Of a DNA stretch of 64,000 nucleotides, positions 9,199 through 18,497 are shown in pieces. Source of the stretch: a virus (lineage: Duplodnaviria; Caudoviricetes); IMG/VR virus record IMGVR_UViG_3300032254_000001, positions 192,001 to 256,000 of that record; one strand, 5' to 3'. A model generated the notes under the pieces. That model was not told where the DNA came from and did no database searches. It was given only the letters and a program-made list of their open reading frames with translations. Both the position numbers and the translations under genes were made by a program. How positions within the stretch are numbered: the first letter of the stretch is position 1; every line of letters starts with the position of its first letter.

Positions 9199-9631
9199 GG
9201 TCTTTAATGTACTGATTAAGCTCTTTCTTTGTTAGCATTGTACTGAGTGCTTCTACGTCTGCTTCCTTCATCGTAGGGAACAATTCTAAAAGCTGTTTCT
9301 TAATCGGACCTGATACATTCTTAGGCTTCGGCTTTTGTTTAATCCATTTGTGATTCTGTGATCCTGCTCCTGGGCTAGCTGCTGTGAGCATCAGCCATTG
9401 TAACTTTGGATGTTTAGCAAGATCAAACATGTTCACATTAGCATAGTAATTCGTACTAGCTATATAATAGTGTTCCATGCCTGGAGTTGATTGTACAGAT
9501 GCACTGTACTTCAGCATAAGGAATGGACTAAACTTCTTCTTTAGTTCATCATCGAGGTTGTCGTAAAAATCTCTGTCTTTACGATCCATTGCTGATAGTA
9601 TTTGTCCTAGTGGTATTTGTGGAGCTGCCAT
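9185..9631 (-). CDS. Clamp-loader small subunit (T4 gp62-like)
   Basis: FSPFLMLKY...HPKLQWLML...HKWIK pattern resembles gp62; start MAAPQ lies directly after the upstream stop. Confidence 0.55.
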   Translation of the reverse strand: MAAPQIPLGQILSAMDRKDRDFYDNLDDELKKKFSPFLMLKYSASVQSTPGMEHYYIASTNYYANVNMFDLAKHPKLQWLMLTAASPGAGSQNHKWIKQKPKPKNVSGPIKKQLLELFPTMKEADVEALSTMLTKKELNQYIKDHGES

Positions 9632-9632
9632 G

Positions 9633-10133
9633 TTACCATAAAATTCCGTAATCAATCACTTCGCAGTTACGCGAAATTTCTTTAATGAAGTACACGCATT
9701 TTGGGTTCGGGCCTTCTTCAATTGGTACTGCAAGAAACTGCCCGTTCTTTAGTTTAGGAGCGTACCAGTTTACTTCGCTGTACACATCGATTATCTCAAT
9801 GGGTTCGAATGTTGGTCTGTATGCTGACAAACTATTAAACTGAAATGCACTAAAGTCTCTATCGTTAATGGATGTAAGCGGAAGTGATTCGAGATCACCA
9901 ACGTCATCTTCACCAATTACAATTTCCCAATCAACTGGCATCTTAATTTTATGATTGCCTATCTTTAGTACTAGTGCTGGACTAGTAAAACTCTCTAAGA
10001 AGATTAACGGAATGTACATGAAGTCTGGTTCAGCTGGGTTGCTGTTATCCAAAATAGCAAACCGCATGTCGTCTATCTCTTCCGGGAGCGTGTTAAGTTC
10101 GAAACTTGTATCGTTAAGTGTATGTATTCTCAT
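9633..10133 (-). CDS. Hypothetical protein, possible catalytically dead Hint-like fold
   Basis: 166-aa beta-rich ORF with its own sigma70 promoter; see findings. Confidence 0.65.
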   Translation of the reverse strand: MRIHTLNDTSFELNTLPEEIDDMRFAILDNSNPAEPDFMYIPLIFLESFTSPALVLKIGNHKIKMPVDWEIVIGEDDVGDLESLPLTSINDRDFSAFQFNSLSAYRPTFEPIEIIDVYSEVNWYAPKLKNGQFLAVPIEEGPNPKCVYFIKEISRNCEVIDYGILW

Positions 10134-10139
10134 AGTTGT

Positions 10140-10168
10140 ATTATATAGCCTTTAGCTGTGTTTGTCTA
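10140..10168 (-). promoter_or_regulatory. Sigma70-type promoter, leaderless geometry
   Basis: TAGACA-N17-TATAAT, then 6 nt, then ATG 10133. Confidence 0.75.
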
Positions 10169-10408
10169 GTTTTTCATAAGGTAGAACGTAACTAACTGGT
10201 TGTCTACCTTAACTAATTCGTTGCTGTATCGCAACTTTCCTTTTTTAGCTTTGTCTGTCTTTGCATTAGCTCTCGCAATGCGAACCATCTTAGGTGTAAT
10301 CTTTAAAACTTTATATAGTTCAAGTGCGTGACCTGTTCCGCCAACGACATAGTCGCCAATGGCAAGAGGTTGCTCAAAAAGATCCTTTGGGCTTTCGTTA
10401 TTGTCCAT
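10166..10408 (-). CDS. Hypothetical protein (SH3-like small beta protein)
   Basis: 80 aa, KDLFEQPLAIGDYVV...KITPKMVRI. Confidence 0.65.
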   Translation of the reverse strand: MDNNESPKDLFEQPLAIGDYVVGGTGHALELYKVLKITPKMVRIARANAKTDKAKKGKLRYSNELVKVDNQLVTFYLMKN

Positions 10409-10862
10409 TGAACTTTAGCTTCCAGAATGTAGCTTGGTCTTCTTTCATGTATACAGCAAATCTAAATACTGTAGTGAACTGTGCCGGATCTCTGTGTCGT
10501 TGTATGTACACACCGTCAAATGAATTATCCATTGCCCATTCAACTTCAGGACGACGTACGACTGTGCTAATATAATCTAGCTCTTCAGAGTTAAACATTC
10601 GCTCATTATACGCATCACTTTCTGCCATGCCAATGTCTATGTTATCCCTATGCACTGTGACTAATGTGTATGCATGATGTTCGAGTTGCATTGGATGCTC
10701 TTGCCCATTCATGCAATCATATCGATACTGAGCTTGTGTGGGTTTCTTTTTTGTTACCATAATATTCCTTGGTACGGACCTGGTGATTTCTTCCACTGCG
10801 GTTTCCTCCAATCTAGAATCTAGACGTAACACTGGAGTCTCACCGTAGTAGGTTCTACTCAT
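10398..10862 (-). CDS. Hypothetical protein
   Basis: ATG overlaps the UvsW stop (ATGA); 154 aa. Confidence 0.6.
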   Translation of the reverse strand: MSRTYYGETPVLRLDSRLEETAVEEITRSVPRNIMVTKKKPTQAQYRYDCMNGQEHPMQLEHHAYTLVTVHRDNIDIGMAESDAYNERMFNSEELDYISTVVRRPEVEWAMDNSFDGVYIQRHRDPAQFTTVFRFAVYMKEDQATFWKLKFNGQ

Positions 10863-12322
10863 TGCCAATGTATCTTCTCCACCTTAAACGGATACTCCGC
10901 TTCCCTGTAGAACTGTTTACGTTTTGTAAGGTGTCGCTTTGCAAACTTACAATTACTAGTTATATCGTAAATGTCTGCGTAGTCTTTATCTTCTGCAACA
11001 CGTAAGCTTCTGCCTATGCTTTGTATTACACGTACAAAAGACTTGCCTGGTTCAATTAAAACAAGATTAAAGATACGTGGAATGTTAAGTCCTACCGCTG
11101 CGACACCGTATGTCGCAATGATCATTTTATCATCATTGTCTGCTACTTCGTCATATTCTTCTTTACGCTTATCTACTTTGACTTTACCTGTTACAACAGA
11201 TACACGGTCTGGCGGTAGCCGCAATGCGAGTTCACTTGCTGCACTTACCCTATCCACAAGTACCAAAGTATTACCTGTCAGGGATTGACCTATTATCATC
11301 TCTGCAATCTGATCAAGTCTGTCGCCGTCAGTTAATAAGTATTTTAATTCTGCTTGATAGTTACCTAAGTCTCTGTTGTCTTGTAGCTGCTTAATGTGTA
11401 CATGACAGCTAGAAAGGATGCCAAGCTTCTGTAGCTCTGCCGCGGATACTTGTCCTATAACTTTGCCTATGGTGCATTCAATTACCATGCGCTCATGCTT
11501 TTCTTTTGGCACTGTGCCTGTTAATCCCCACCTTAATGGTATGTGGGCCATTGGGTCTGTTAACATTGCTTTCAATGCATCAGCTTTGGCACTGTGGACT
11601 TCGTCTACAATAACGCAACCTACATCCTCAATGAAGTCATCAAATGTAAGTGTTGCCTTGCCAGACTTGCTATCCTTAAACAACTGGTTAAGACTTTGCC
11701 ATGTGCATATCGTATGCGTCTTATTCCATTCCTTGCGGTTGCCGTAGTACACACCAACGTCCAGACCCATGTTAATGTAGTCTTCTTCTGTCTGTGTCAC
11801 AAGCGACTTATTAGGTACAATGATAACACTGCGTCCGTATGGCTCTGCAAATAAACTCAAGGCGGCGGTTATAAGTGTCTTACCTGCGCCCGTAGCTATC
11901 TCTTGCATACACTGTGGGTTCTGCAGATAGTTGTTTATTGCTGTGACCTGATGGTCGTTCAGTATAATAGGTTCGCCTTCAAAGCGATGCCCTTCCGGCC
12001 ATGTAATGTGCGCGAACGTTTGATTAGTTACTGTGGGGAATTCAAAATGTGAACTGTAGTTACGTCTGTCGTCAAGCTGTATGTCGTACCCTTCCTTAAT
12101 AAGTTCCGGAAGTATTTCGTCAAGCAAGTTGATGTAGGTTGCGCCACCCAATTGTACAAACGCAACTTTCCCATCCCAGCGTCCTAATTTAAAAGCTGGC
12201 ATGTGTCTTGCAGACGGTATATCAACCTTAAATTTCTTAACTAATTTTTGTCTTGTGTCTAAATCTAGCCCTAATAGTTTGCAGTTTACTTCATCTTTAA
12301 TTTGGATTGTACATGTACTCAT
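10859..12322 (-). CDS. uvsW: SF2 DNA helicase UvsW
   Basis: ATGAGKT, DEVH, GLTGT, ATYGVAAVGLNIP, QSIGRSLR motifs. Confidence 0.92.
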   Translation of the reverse strand: MSTCTIQIKDEVNCKLLGLDLDTRQKLVKKFKVDIPSARHMPAFKLGRWDGKVAFVQLGGATYINLLDEILPELIKEGYDIQLDDRRNYSSHFEFPTVTNQTFAHITWPEGHRFEGEPIILNDHQVTAINNYLQNPQCMQEIATGAGKTLITAALSLFAEPYGRSVIIVPNKSLVTQTEEDYINMGLDVGVYYGNRKEWNKTHTICTWQSLNQLFKDSKSGKATLTFDDFIEDVGCVIVDEVHSAKADALKAMLTDPMAHIPLRWGLTGTVPKEKHERMVIECTIGKVIGQVSAAELQKLGILSSCHVHIKQLQDNRDLGNYQAELKYLLTDGDRLDQIAEMIIGQSLTGNTLVLVDRVSAASELALRLPPDRVSVVTGKVKVDKRKEEYDEVADNDDKMIIATYGVAAVGLNIPRIFNLVLIEPGKSFVRVIQSIGRSLRVAEDKDYADIYDITSNCKFAKRHLTKRKQFYREAEYPFKVEKIHWQ

Positions 12323-12896
12323 TATATTTACATTTATCTCCGTGATTCTTTTTATAATTTCCTAGGTCAAAACTGCGATAGCAGTGAGGGCATTCAGTCT
12401 TGGGTAATATCCTACCCTTGGCTTTTGCACTTATTTTGTCTTTGGTTTCTTGTTTTAATGTTGTTCCAAGTCTTGCGAGTCTGATATTTTCGGCGTGTTC
12501 TTTTGTTTTAGGTTTTCTCATCCGTTGCTTAGTTACATCAGATTTTTTACGACCTTTACCTACACTGATTCCTTTATTCCATGCTGTCTTTCCTTTATTG
12601 GCTTGGCTTATCTTTTTCTTAGTCTCTTCAGTGTGTGGTTGCTTCTTTTGTCCAATAACGTTTATAAATGGCCAATTGACATTCTTGTCTCCTCGTAATC
12701 TGTGGATAGTCCAGTGGTCATCTTTGTGCAAAGCTATTAAATTAGACGGGTGATGAATTTTTGGGTTGCTAGGGTCTTCAAATGTACACTTAGGTTTTAT
12801 ATGATGTACATGAAAGCCTTCGGGTATTTCCCAATTTGGATAAAATTGTCTCCAGTATAATCGTAAGTTACTTCTCGGATTATTATTATATGTCAC
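12297..12896 (-). CDS. HNH homing endonuclease with NUMOD3-like repeats
   Basis: HVHHIKP...NLIALHKDDHWTIH; HTEETKKKIS repeats; CPHC...HGDKC tail; overlaps the uvsW start. Confidence 0.8.
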   Translation of the reverse strand: MTYNNNPRSNLRLYWRQFYPNWEIPEGFHVHHIKPKCTFEDPSNPKIHHPSNLIALHKDDHWTIHRLRGDKNVNWPFINVIGQKKQPHTEETKKKISQANKGKTAWNKGISVGKGRKKSDVTKQRMRKPKTKEHAENIRLARLGTTLKQETKDKISAKAKGRILPKTECPHCYRSFDLGNYKKNHGDKCKYNEYMYNPN

Positions 12897-14104
12897 GTTT
12901 TCCCTGCTATTGAAAGGTATATTACTTTGTCTGCTGCAAGAGCAAACTTACCAATCGATTCCTGTGAGTGGAATAGGTTGGTTATAGGCGTGGTAGATAT
13001 TAACGTATTATACCCTTCTGCAAGCAATTTGTCAACCATGGCTTCATCTCTAAAGTCAGTATGGTCAAGTCGCTTAACATCTAAGTCCCAGTCTTCAACT
13101 TCTGATAGCTTCTCAAATGCGACAAGCGGCTTAGCTGGTGATGTTGGAATCCAGGAATGGGTATATAAAACAACCTTACGGCCGCTTTCTTTAATGTAAT
13201 TCTTTATGTCGTTAACGTCTGGTGCATCCATTACGTTGTGCTTGGTAGCAGGCGATACGCTATTAACGTACTGAGCAATATCTGCTAACTCCGGAGGTGC
13301 TATTAAGCCGAGCTTAGTTAGACGTTCAATGTTAACTATTGATAGATCACAAGGATCTATATCGTTTAGTATCGGAAGCATGGTTTCTGTTATGTGGCTA
13401 ACGTACAACCTGCCATTCACTATGCGTACTCCAGGTGTCCATTCTTCTTCTGTGCCAACAGCTTCTATGCCGCTAACTAATTCAGTAACCGAGTCGTCTA
13501 GTTTTACATCAATGCGATTCGCAAAGTCGTACACACCTTTGAATAGGTACAAGTTGAACGGGCCGGACCAAGTCTTGTCAGTATTGTTCCAATTGAAATT
13601 GTACTTCTGGCCGTTACCAAAGCTCTCACGGACACCACCATTTAAATGAACGCCAGCATCGTCGTGAACTATTGCACGGACTTCTTCAATCTGATTCTTA
13701 TTAAAATTGAAATATAACTGTATCTCAGGAGTGCCTTCATTATCGGCAAGCCTTAGATATGTTTTTTGATTAAGTGTTTCGAGTGCAATGATACCGTTCT
13801 TCCAATTTAATGCAAGAACATCTCTGTAGTTTACACTTAACTTCCTAAGCTGCTTCCTGTACTTGTGTACAATCTTTTCATACAAATCATTTTGACCTGG
13901 ACTAAGCGGCTTGTCTTTTGTTAAGTACTGCACCGAAATGTTTGACATGAACTTTAGATCATATCGGTTAAGCCTGACTTTAGTCATCAAGTCATGGTGT
14001 AACATGTCTCGATTTTCAGGCAGGCTAATAGATTCTTTCACCGGTTTAGTCACTGACTTAGTTGTCATAGTAGTTCCAATTTGTAAGATGTCTGATAAGT
14101 CCAT
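12893..14104 (-). CDS. Hypothetical protein (403 aa)
   Basis: Start re-assigned to MDLSD (14104), 6 nt after TGCTATAAT. Confidence 0.7.
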   Translation of the reverse strand: MDLSDILQIGTTMTTKSVTKPVKESISLPENRDMLHHDLMTKVRLNRYDLKFMSNISVQYLTKDKPLSPGQNDLYEKIVHKYRKQLRKLSVNYRDVLALNWKNGIIALETLNQKTYLRLADNEGTPEIQLYFNFNKNQIEEVRAIVHDDAGVHLNGGVRESFGNGQKYNFNWNNTDKTWSGPFNLYLFKGVYDFANRIDVKLDDSVTELVSGIEAVGTEEEWTPGVRIVNGRLYVSHITETMLPILNDIDPCDLSIVNIERLTKLGLIAPPELADIAQYVNSVSPATKHNVMDAPDVNDIKNYIKESGRKVVLYTHSWIPTSPAKPLVAFEKLSEVEDWDLDVKRLDHTDFRDEAMVDKLLAEGYNTLISTTPITNLFHSQESIGKFALAADKVIYLSIAGKT

Positions 14105-14110
14105 ATGTAT

Positions 14111-14119
14111 ATTATAGCA
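14111..14119 (-). promoter_or_regulatory. Extended -10 promoter, leaderless geometry
   Basis: TG-C-TATAAT, then 6 nt, then ATG 14104. Confidence 0.65.
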
Positions 14120-14132
14120 CACTTTTGTGATT

Positions 14133-14155
14133 AAAAAAGCCCCTTACGGGGCTTT
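14133..14155 (-). terminator. Rho-independent terminator
   Basis: AAAGCCCC-gtaa-GGGGCTTT followed by a T run on minus. Confidence 0.85.
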
Positions 14156-14217
14156 CGAGTAAATGGACGTTTTACAGGAGTTCAACATATTTTTTAAACG
14201 TCCAATCTTCTCTAAAC

Positions 14218-15252
14218 TTAGAAACTGTTTTTCATAACAGTTGACTCTGCTAGTCGCTGCCAATTAGGAGTAACTTTGATTAAGTCCGCTATCTTCACTG
14301 CCATACGTAGCGAGATTTCACGTAAACGGTCCTTATTGTCTTCCATGTACTGTACGATCTCGTTACCTTCATTGTTCTCAAAACGGTAGTGACCAAACAG
14401 TTCACCTGTTTGATGAATTTGACGAATACGTAACATACGATCACGCATTGTATTCATTGTAAGATCTAAGTAATGACAACGTGACTGAAGAGCTTGCAAG
14501 TGGTCCTGCAACTTCTTAGAGCGGATGTTATCAAACTGGATGTTAGTGATGAAGATAACGCTGCCTTTAAAGTCAAAGCTATCTGGAATACCTTCGTTGC
14601 GAAGTGTATGTGATTCTGCGTTCCAGCAAATTCGACGCTTCTTGCCACTGTCCAGTGCCGCTTTCAGCAAGTTAAGAGACAAGTCGTCCATTAAAATTGA
14701 GTCACAATCATCAAACACAACCACTTGGTTGGCTTCATTATTGTTATATAGTTTCTGGTATAAACCAATTGGAGTCATTGCACCCTTAACGATGTCGTAT
14801 TTAGGGCTGCGGTTAGCAACTTGATCAAATAAATGTGCTTTTTCTAACTGACGGATAACACCGTATGACTTACCAACACCTGGAGGACCTACAACAATCA
14901 TGCCGCGTACTTGGCCTGCAATTGCAGCACTTGTCATCTCTTCAAGTATTTCAAAGCGGTCTGCAATACGTGCCATAACCTCTTCATCGGATTCTTCTTT
15001 AACTGGAACGGCTGCTTTTACAGCGGCAGCAACTGGAGTGGTTGCTGGAAGTGTAACGCCTTCTGGCATTAGTACACATTCTGGATTTGGAACATTAACG
15101 CGAATTTTATCACGTCCTACACCAATTTCACTATTTGGACGAACGGTAATGAACCAACCCTTCGCGCCATTTTTTAATTCGTTTACTACTTCAAAGCTCT
15201 GATTATGTACTTCTTCGCCTCGGTATGTACCTTCTAATATAGTTACTTGCAT
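14218..15252 (-). CDS. AAA+ ATPase
   Basis: Walker A GPPGVGKS, Walker B VVVFDDCD, sensor FITN, arginine finger LQSR. Confidence 0.85.
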   Translation of the reverse strand: MQVTILEGTYRGEEVHNQSFEVVNELKNGAKGWFITVRPNSEIGVGRDKIRVNVPNPECVLMPEGVTLPATTPVAAAVKAAVPVKEESDEEVMARIADRFEILEEMTSAAIAGQVRGMIVVGPPGVGKSYGVIRQLEKAHLFDQVANRSPKYDIVKGAMTPIGLYQKLYNNNEANQVVVFDDCDSILMDDLSLNLLKAALDSGKKRRICWNAESHTLRNEGIPDSFDFKGSVIFITNIQFDNIRSKKLQDHLQALQSRCHYLDLTMNTMRDRMLRIRQIHQTGELFGHYRFENNEGNEIVQYMEDNKDRLREISLRMAVKIADLIKVTPNWQRLAESTVMKNSF

Positions 15253-15316
15253 TCTGTGAACTCCTGTGTAAGTTCGGTTTTAATAGTAGTTAAGTCTTTG
15301 CCTAACTGTTCTAAGT

Positions 15317-15345
15317 ATTATATGATTATCTAGCCCAAAGGTCTA
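15317..15345 (-). promoter_or_regulatory. Strong sigma70-type early promoter
   Basis: TAGACC-N17-TATAAT; near-identical to the promoter at 42700-42728. Confidence 0.8.
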
Positions 15346-15368
15346 CCTTTTTTTGCATTATCTACGGT

Positions 15369-15455
15369 TGTAAGTTGTTGATTTATATAGGATTAGTAAA
15401 ATAATTGTAAGTCATTGATTTTACTAGGATTGTAAGTCATTGATTTTATTAGGAT
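15369..15455. repeat. Three ~25-bp direct repeats, each containing an IHF-consensus box
   Basis: TGTAAG(TCA/TTG)TTGATTT..TAGGAT at 15369, 15406 and 15431; the cores read WATCAANNNNTTR on minus. Confidence 0.85.
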
Positions 15456-15457
15456 TC

Positions 15458-15486
15458 AAAAAAATACCCGCTTTCACGGGTATTTT
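15458..15486 (-). terminator. Rho-independent terminator
   Basis: AAAATACCCG-6nt-CGGGTATTTT, T run on minus. Confidence 0.85.
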
Positions 15487-15513
15487 GTTCACATTGTGTA
15501 CTAAAATGTCTAG

Positions 15514-16128
15514 TTATATAGCACGAAATACTGAGCCTGTGCCTGAGCCGGCGATTGTACATGTAAATTCAGTACCTTGCAAGCTATTAGCTGATCCCAT
15601 TGCTGTAAAATCTGTATCGCCTGGACGAGAAATTACGTATCTTGTACCAGGAACACATGAGTCTGCTGCTACCCTAATATGGCCTGGAACGTTTCCAAGT
15701 GGCACAGGGAAGTTAAAATCAACTTCGATTGTTGCACCATCATTAACTTCGTAATGATAACCTGGCGATGGTTCTACTGCATCAATTAAAACCGAATCTA
15801 TCTTAATGTTTGTTTTTAAGCCTGGCTCTGATTCCCAAAACTCAATAAATTGTGCAAGATTTGAAGGTAGCATTTTGTTCGCTGCTAAACCTGCGATCAT
15901 AACAGTACCACCATTAATCTCGAATGAACTTGGTACGCCGTCTGCAATCAGTGTATCATCTACATCAAATTCAATTAATGCAACAACTTCGCCACCTACT
16001 ACCGGTGCCGAAGCTACAGTTGGTACTACGCCGTCGTGAACTAATTCACCATTGAATGAAGCAGTAATTGATACATCACCACTTTCTGAATATGCCAGTC
16101 CAAGGACTTGAATTGTACGTAACCCCAT
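15514..16128 (-). CDS. Putative virion structural protein with C-terminal ~45-aa Gly/Thr module
   Basis: ATAAATA (16154-16160) plus AGGAG leader; C-terminal module shared with the tail-fibre proteins. Confidence 0.65.
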   Translation of the reverse strand: MGLRTIQVLGLAYSESGDVSITASFNGELVHDGVVPTVASAPVVGGEVVALIEFDVDDTLIADGVPSSFEINGGTVMIAGLAANKMLPSNLAQFIEFWESEPGLKTNIKIDSVLIDAVEPSPGYHYEVNDGATIEVDFNFPVPLGNVPGHIRVAADSCVPGTRYVISRPGDTDFTAMGSANSLQGTEFTCTIAGSGTGSVFRAI

Positions 16129-16184
16129 TTGTGTATCTCCTAATATTTAACTTTATTTATCTATTTTGCCAAACAATGTCAGAT

Positions 16185-16262
16185 TCATTGCATTGCTAAG
16201 TGTCCGGAATGTAGCGGATCAAATCCGCCGGACACTAAACCTATTCCATCACTGTTGTCCAT
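16185..16262 (-). pseudogene. Truncated cytidylyltransferase (HxGH nucleotidyltransferase) remnant
   Basis: 25-aa ORF MDNSDGIGLVSGGFDPLHSGHLAMQ*; carries the N-terminal GGFDPLHxGH signature and then stops. Confidence 0.8.
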
Positions 16263-17022
16263 AATCTCGTTTGCTCTTGTTGAGCCACGGCAATACTAAA
16301 TCACGCTGTCTAACATGGCCGCAGCGGTTAATACTTTCTTCTGCACTAGATGGTAGTAGACCTTTTTCTGCAAGGTCTACCCACTTAGTAGTACGAGGGT
16401 CCATAGGTTCGTGCGATGACTTATACACCATTGCATGTATCCAGGGGTCTTCGTAGTTCTTTTTAAAGAAGCCTGCATTACAATCAAAACCCGACATTGC
16501 AAGCATATGAATTAGACTCACTAATGTGTAGTTAAAGAATTGTCCGTCAAGCTGATCGAACTCTTGTTTATGATATACCACGTTTGTAGTCTGTGGCACT
16601 ACTATACAAAGCATGCCATCGTCCTTTAACATCTTGTGAAAGTTTGCAAGTGTGTTGAGAGGGTTAACTGCATACTGGAATGCATCATGACACCACAACA
16701 CATCGTATTCGTTTGTTTTAAACGGATCCTTTTCGAAGTCGTGCCTTTCATATCTAATGTTGTGATGTGTTATTGCAGATTTCAACTCAGGTAAAGTATC
16801 GATGCCTGTGCATTTAATATCTAACGGGATAGGATTGTCGTCGTCATCGTCGATAGTACGTGTTGCCCACCATTCTAAATCTTTACCGGTGCCGCAACCT
16901 ACATCACAAAGTGTATCAATACTTCGCATGAAATCAATATAGTTTGATAATAGTTCAAGTGTTTCTAACGCATGTTCGTGGCTTGCATCCGGTGATGGAA
17001 AAGCAATTGGATTGCCTAACAT
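16249..17022 (-). CDS. Class I SAM-dependent methyltransferase
   Basis: LCDVGCGTG motif I, GIDT, HDFE, YDVLWCHDAFQY, LKDDGMLCI. Confidence 0.85.
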   Translation of the reverse strand: MLGNPIAFPSPDASHEHALETLELLSNYIDFMRSIDTLCDVGCGTGKDLEWWATRTIDDDDDNPIPLDIKCTGIDTLPELKSAITHHNIRYERHDFEKDPFKTNEYDVLWCHDAFQYAVNPLNTLANFHKMLKDDGMLCIVVPQTTNVVYHKQEFDQLDGQFFNYTLVSLIHMLAMSGFDCNAGFFKKNYEDPWIHAMVYKSSHEPMDPRTTKWVDLAEKGLLPSSAEESINRCGHVRQRDLVLPWLNKSKRDYGQQ

Positions 17023-17031
17023 TAATGCTCC

Positions 17032-17487
17032 TTAGACGCTGATGTCTTCTAAACCTGCTGTACGCAAGCGAGTAATATGTCCTAGCTGGAAGTTCTTAGA
17101 TTCTAATGCTTTTAATATTCCAAGGTACTTGTTACGAAGTAATGCAACTTCGTTTATTAATACTTCTTCGTCGATTATATCATCTTCGGCATCTGCATAT
17201 ATCTGAGCGTCACGACTTGTTAGTGCTTTAGCATAACCCTCAAGATATTTCTTATAATGTTTGTGCCTTGTCTTCCTAAGCTGTACATTTAAAAAGTTAA
17301 GCAGTGCTTCAACTTCTTGTAATTGATTAAAACGATGCTCAGTGATACCTGGCAGGTCTCGGAGTTGTTTCTCGACACTTCCGTGTATCTTTACATCGTC
17401 CCTTGCAGTCTCTAACTCCCTTTCATAATATAATATGAAATTAGGAAGAAGAGCTAGATTAACTACAACCTGATTGTATCGAACCAT
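17032..17487 (-). CDS. uvsY: Recombination mediator UvsY-like
   Basis: Helical 151 aa, YLEGYAKALTSRDAQIYADAEDDII...LKALESKNFQL; near uvsX. Confidence 0.7.
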   Translation of the reverse strand: MVRYNQVVVNLALLPNFILYYERELETARDDVKIHGSVEKQLRDLPGITEHRFNQLQEVEALLNFLNVQLRKTRHKHYKKYLEGYAKALTSRDAQIYADAEDDIIDEEVLINEVALLRNKYLGILKALESKNFQLGHITRLRTAGLEDISV

Positions 17488-17490
17488 TGG

Positions 17491-17742
17491 TTAGCCCTCG
17501 ACGTGTTCGTCGCCCCATTCATCTTCCAGTTCTTCTTCGTCGAAGTGTTCTTCATCTGCAAGATCTCGTAGAGCTGATTTTAAATGACTATCAACACCAA
17601 ATGCAATTATTTCATTTGCGTCAATACCGTGCTCTAACAGCACATGCATAAAGTCATCTGCTGCTGCATCTACATCACCACCTAGTAAATGTGGTTTTAA
17701 TTCTTTCCAAATTTGTAAAAGTATTTCTATATCGTGTTCCAT
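17491..17742 (-). CDS. Hypothetical acidic protein
   Basis: 83 aa, coupled spacing with neighbours. Confidence 0.65.
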   Translation of the reverse strand: MEHDIEILLQIWKELKPHLLGGDVDAAADDFMHVLLEHGIDANEIIAFGVDSHLKSALRDLADEEHFDEEELEDEWGDEHVEG

Positions 17743-17759
17743 TAAATCTTCTCTTATTA

Positions 17760-18497
17760 TTATATTGTTACGTCTTCACCGCGGAGACGTGCTTGTATGT
17801 GTGCTGGATGCAACGATACCCAATGATCGACATGGTCTGCTACGTCTTGGGTATGTGCAATGTGCAATGCATCGCATACGCATTTGAACTTAGTATTTAC
17901 TACATCCTGTAATAGGAAACAATGATCAACAAATTCGTTTGCAGATGCTGCTGTGTCTAAAACTTGTAAGCCGTTAACTGTGGTACTAGTCTTAAGTCGT
18001 TCATGGTATAACCAATCTGCGTAGCTACTTAGCTCTTTAGGAAAGTCGAATACATTTATTAACTCTTCTTTAATCCAGTCTGGCAATTTATCAAAGTCTT
18101 CAAAAGACGTGACCTCAGGCCAACTTGGATCTCCTACTGCTTTGTAGTTATGTATGACTTCTTCAACGAATAGGTCAAACATTCCGTTCGATTTATTAAA
18201 GAAAGCTGCGTTCTTGTAATGTGCTAAATCTATTTGGGTTTTTAAGTCAGTATACAAGCCTATTGAGGTTGCATCGTCATGTGGTTCTGGTCTGTTACAA
18301 TATAGTTTTATATCGTTTAATCGAAGCTCTGGGTCAAACAGACAAAAGGTTTCACTTTCCTTCCATCTAGATGGGTCTTGAATGTCCCAGTTCTCCTCTA
18401 TTAATTCTTTAACATCATACCCCAGGGCGAGCTGGAGGCTATAAAAAAACATAAAGCCGCCGCTGCCGCCACTGTAGTATATGCTATACCGACTCAT
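17760..18497 (-). CDS. Hypothetical protein
   Basis: ATG overlaps the uvsX stop; N-terminal YSGGSGG loop and an internal DPSWP...DFDKLP segment. Confidence 0.6.
   Translation of the reverse strand: MSRYSIYYSGGSGGFMFFYSLQLALGYDVKELIEENWDIQDPSRWKESETFCLFDPELRLNDIKLYCNRPEPHDDATSIGLYTDLKTQIDLAHYKNAAFFNKSNGMFDLFVEEVIHNYKAVGDPSWPEVTSFEDFDKLPDWIKEELINVFDFPKELSSYADWLYHERLKTSTTVNGLQVLDTAASANEFVDHCFLLQDVVNTKFKCVCDALHIAHTQDVADHVDHWVSLHPAHIQARLRGEDVTI

Noticed and set aside
15369-15455. CRISPR mini-array
   Set aside because: Only three ~25-nt units with 12-nt and 0-nt gaps, no spacer-sized unique sequence and no cas genes; better explained as protein-binding boxes.
18455-18475. GC-rich GCCGCCGCTGCCGCC tract as a second inserted element
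   Set aside because: It simply encodes GGSGG in frame and is not palindromic.
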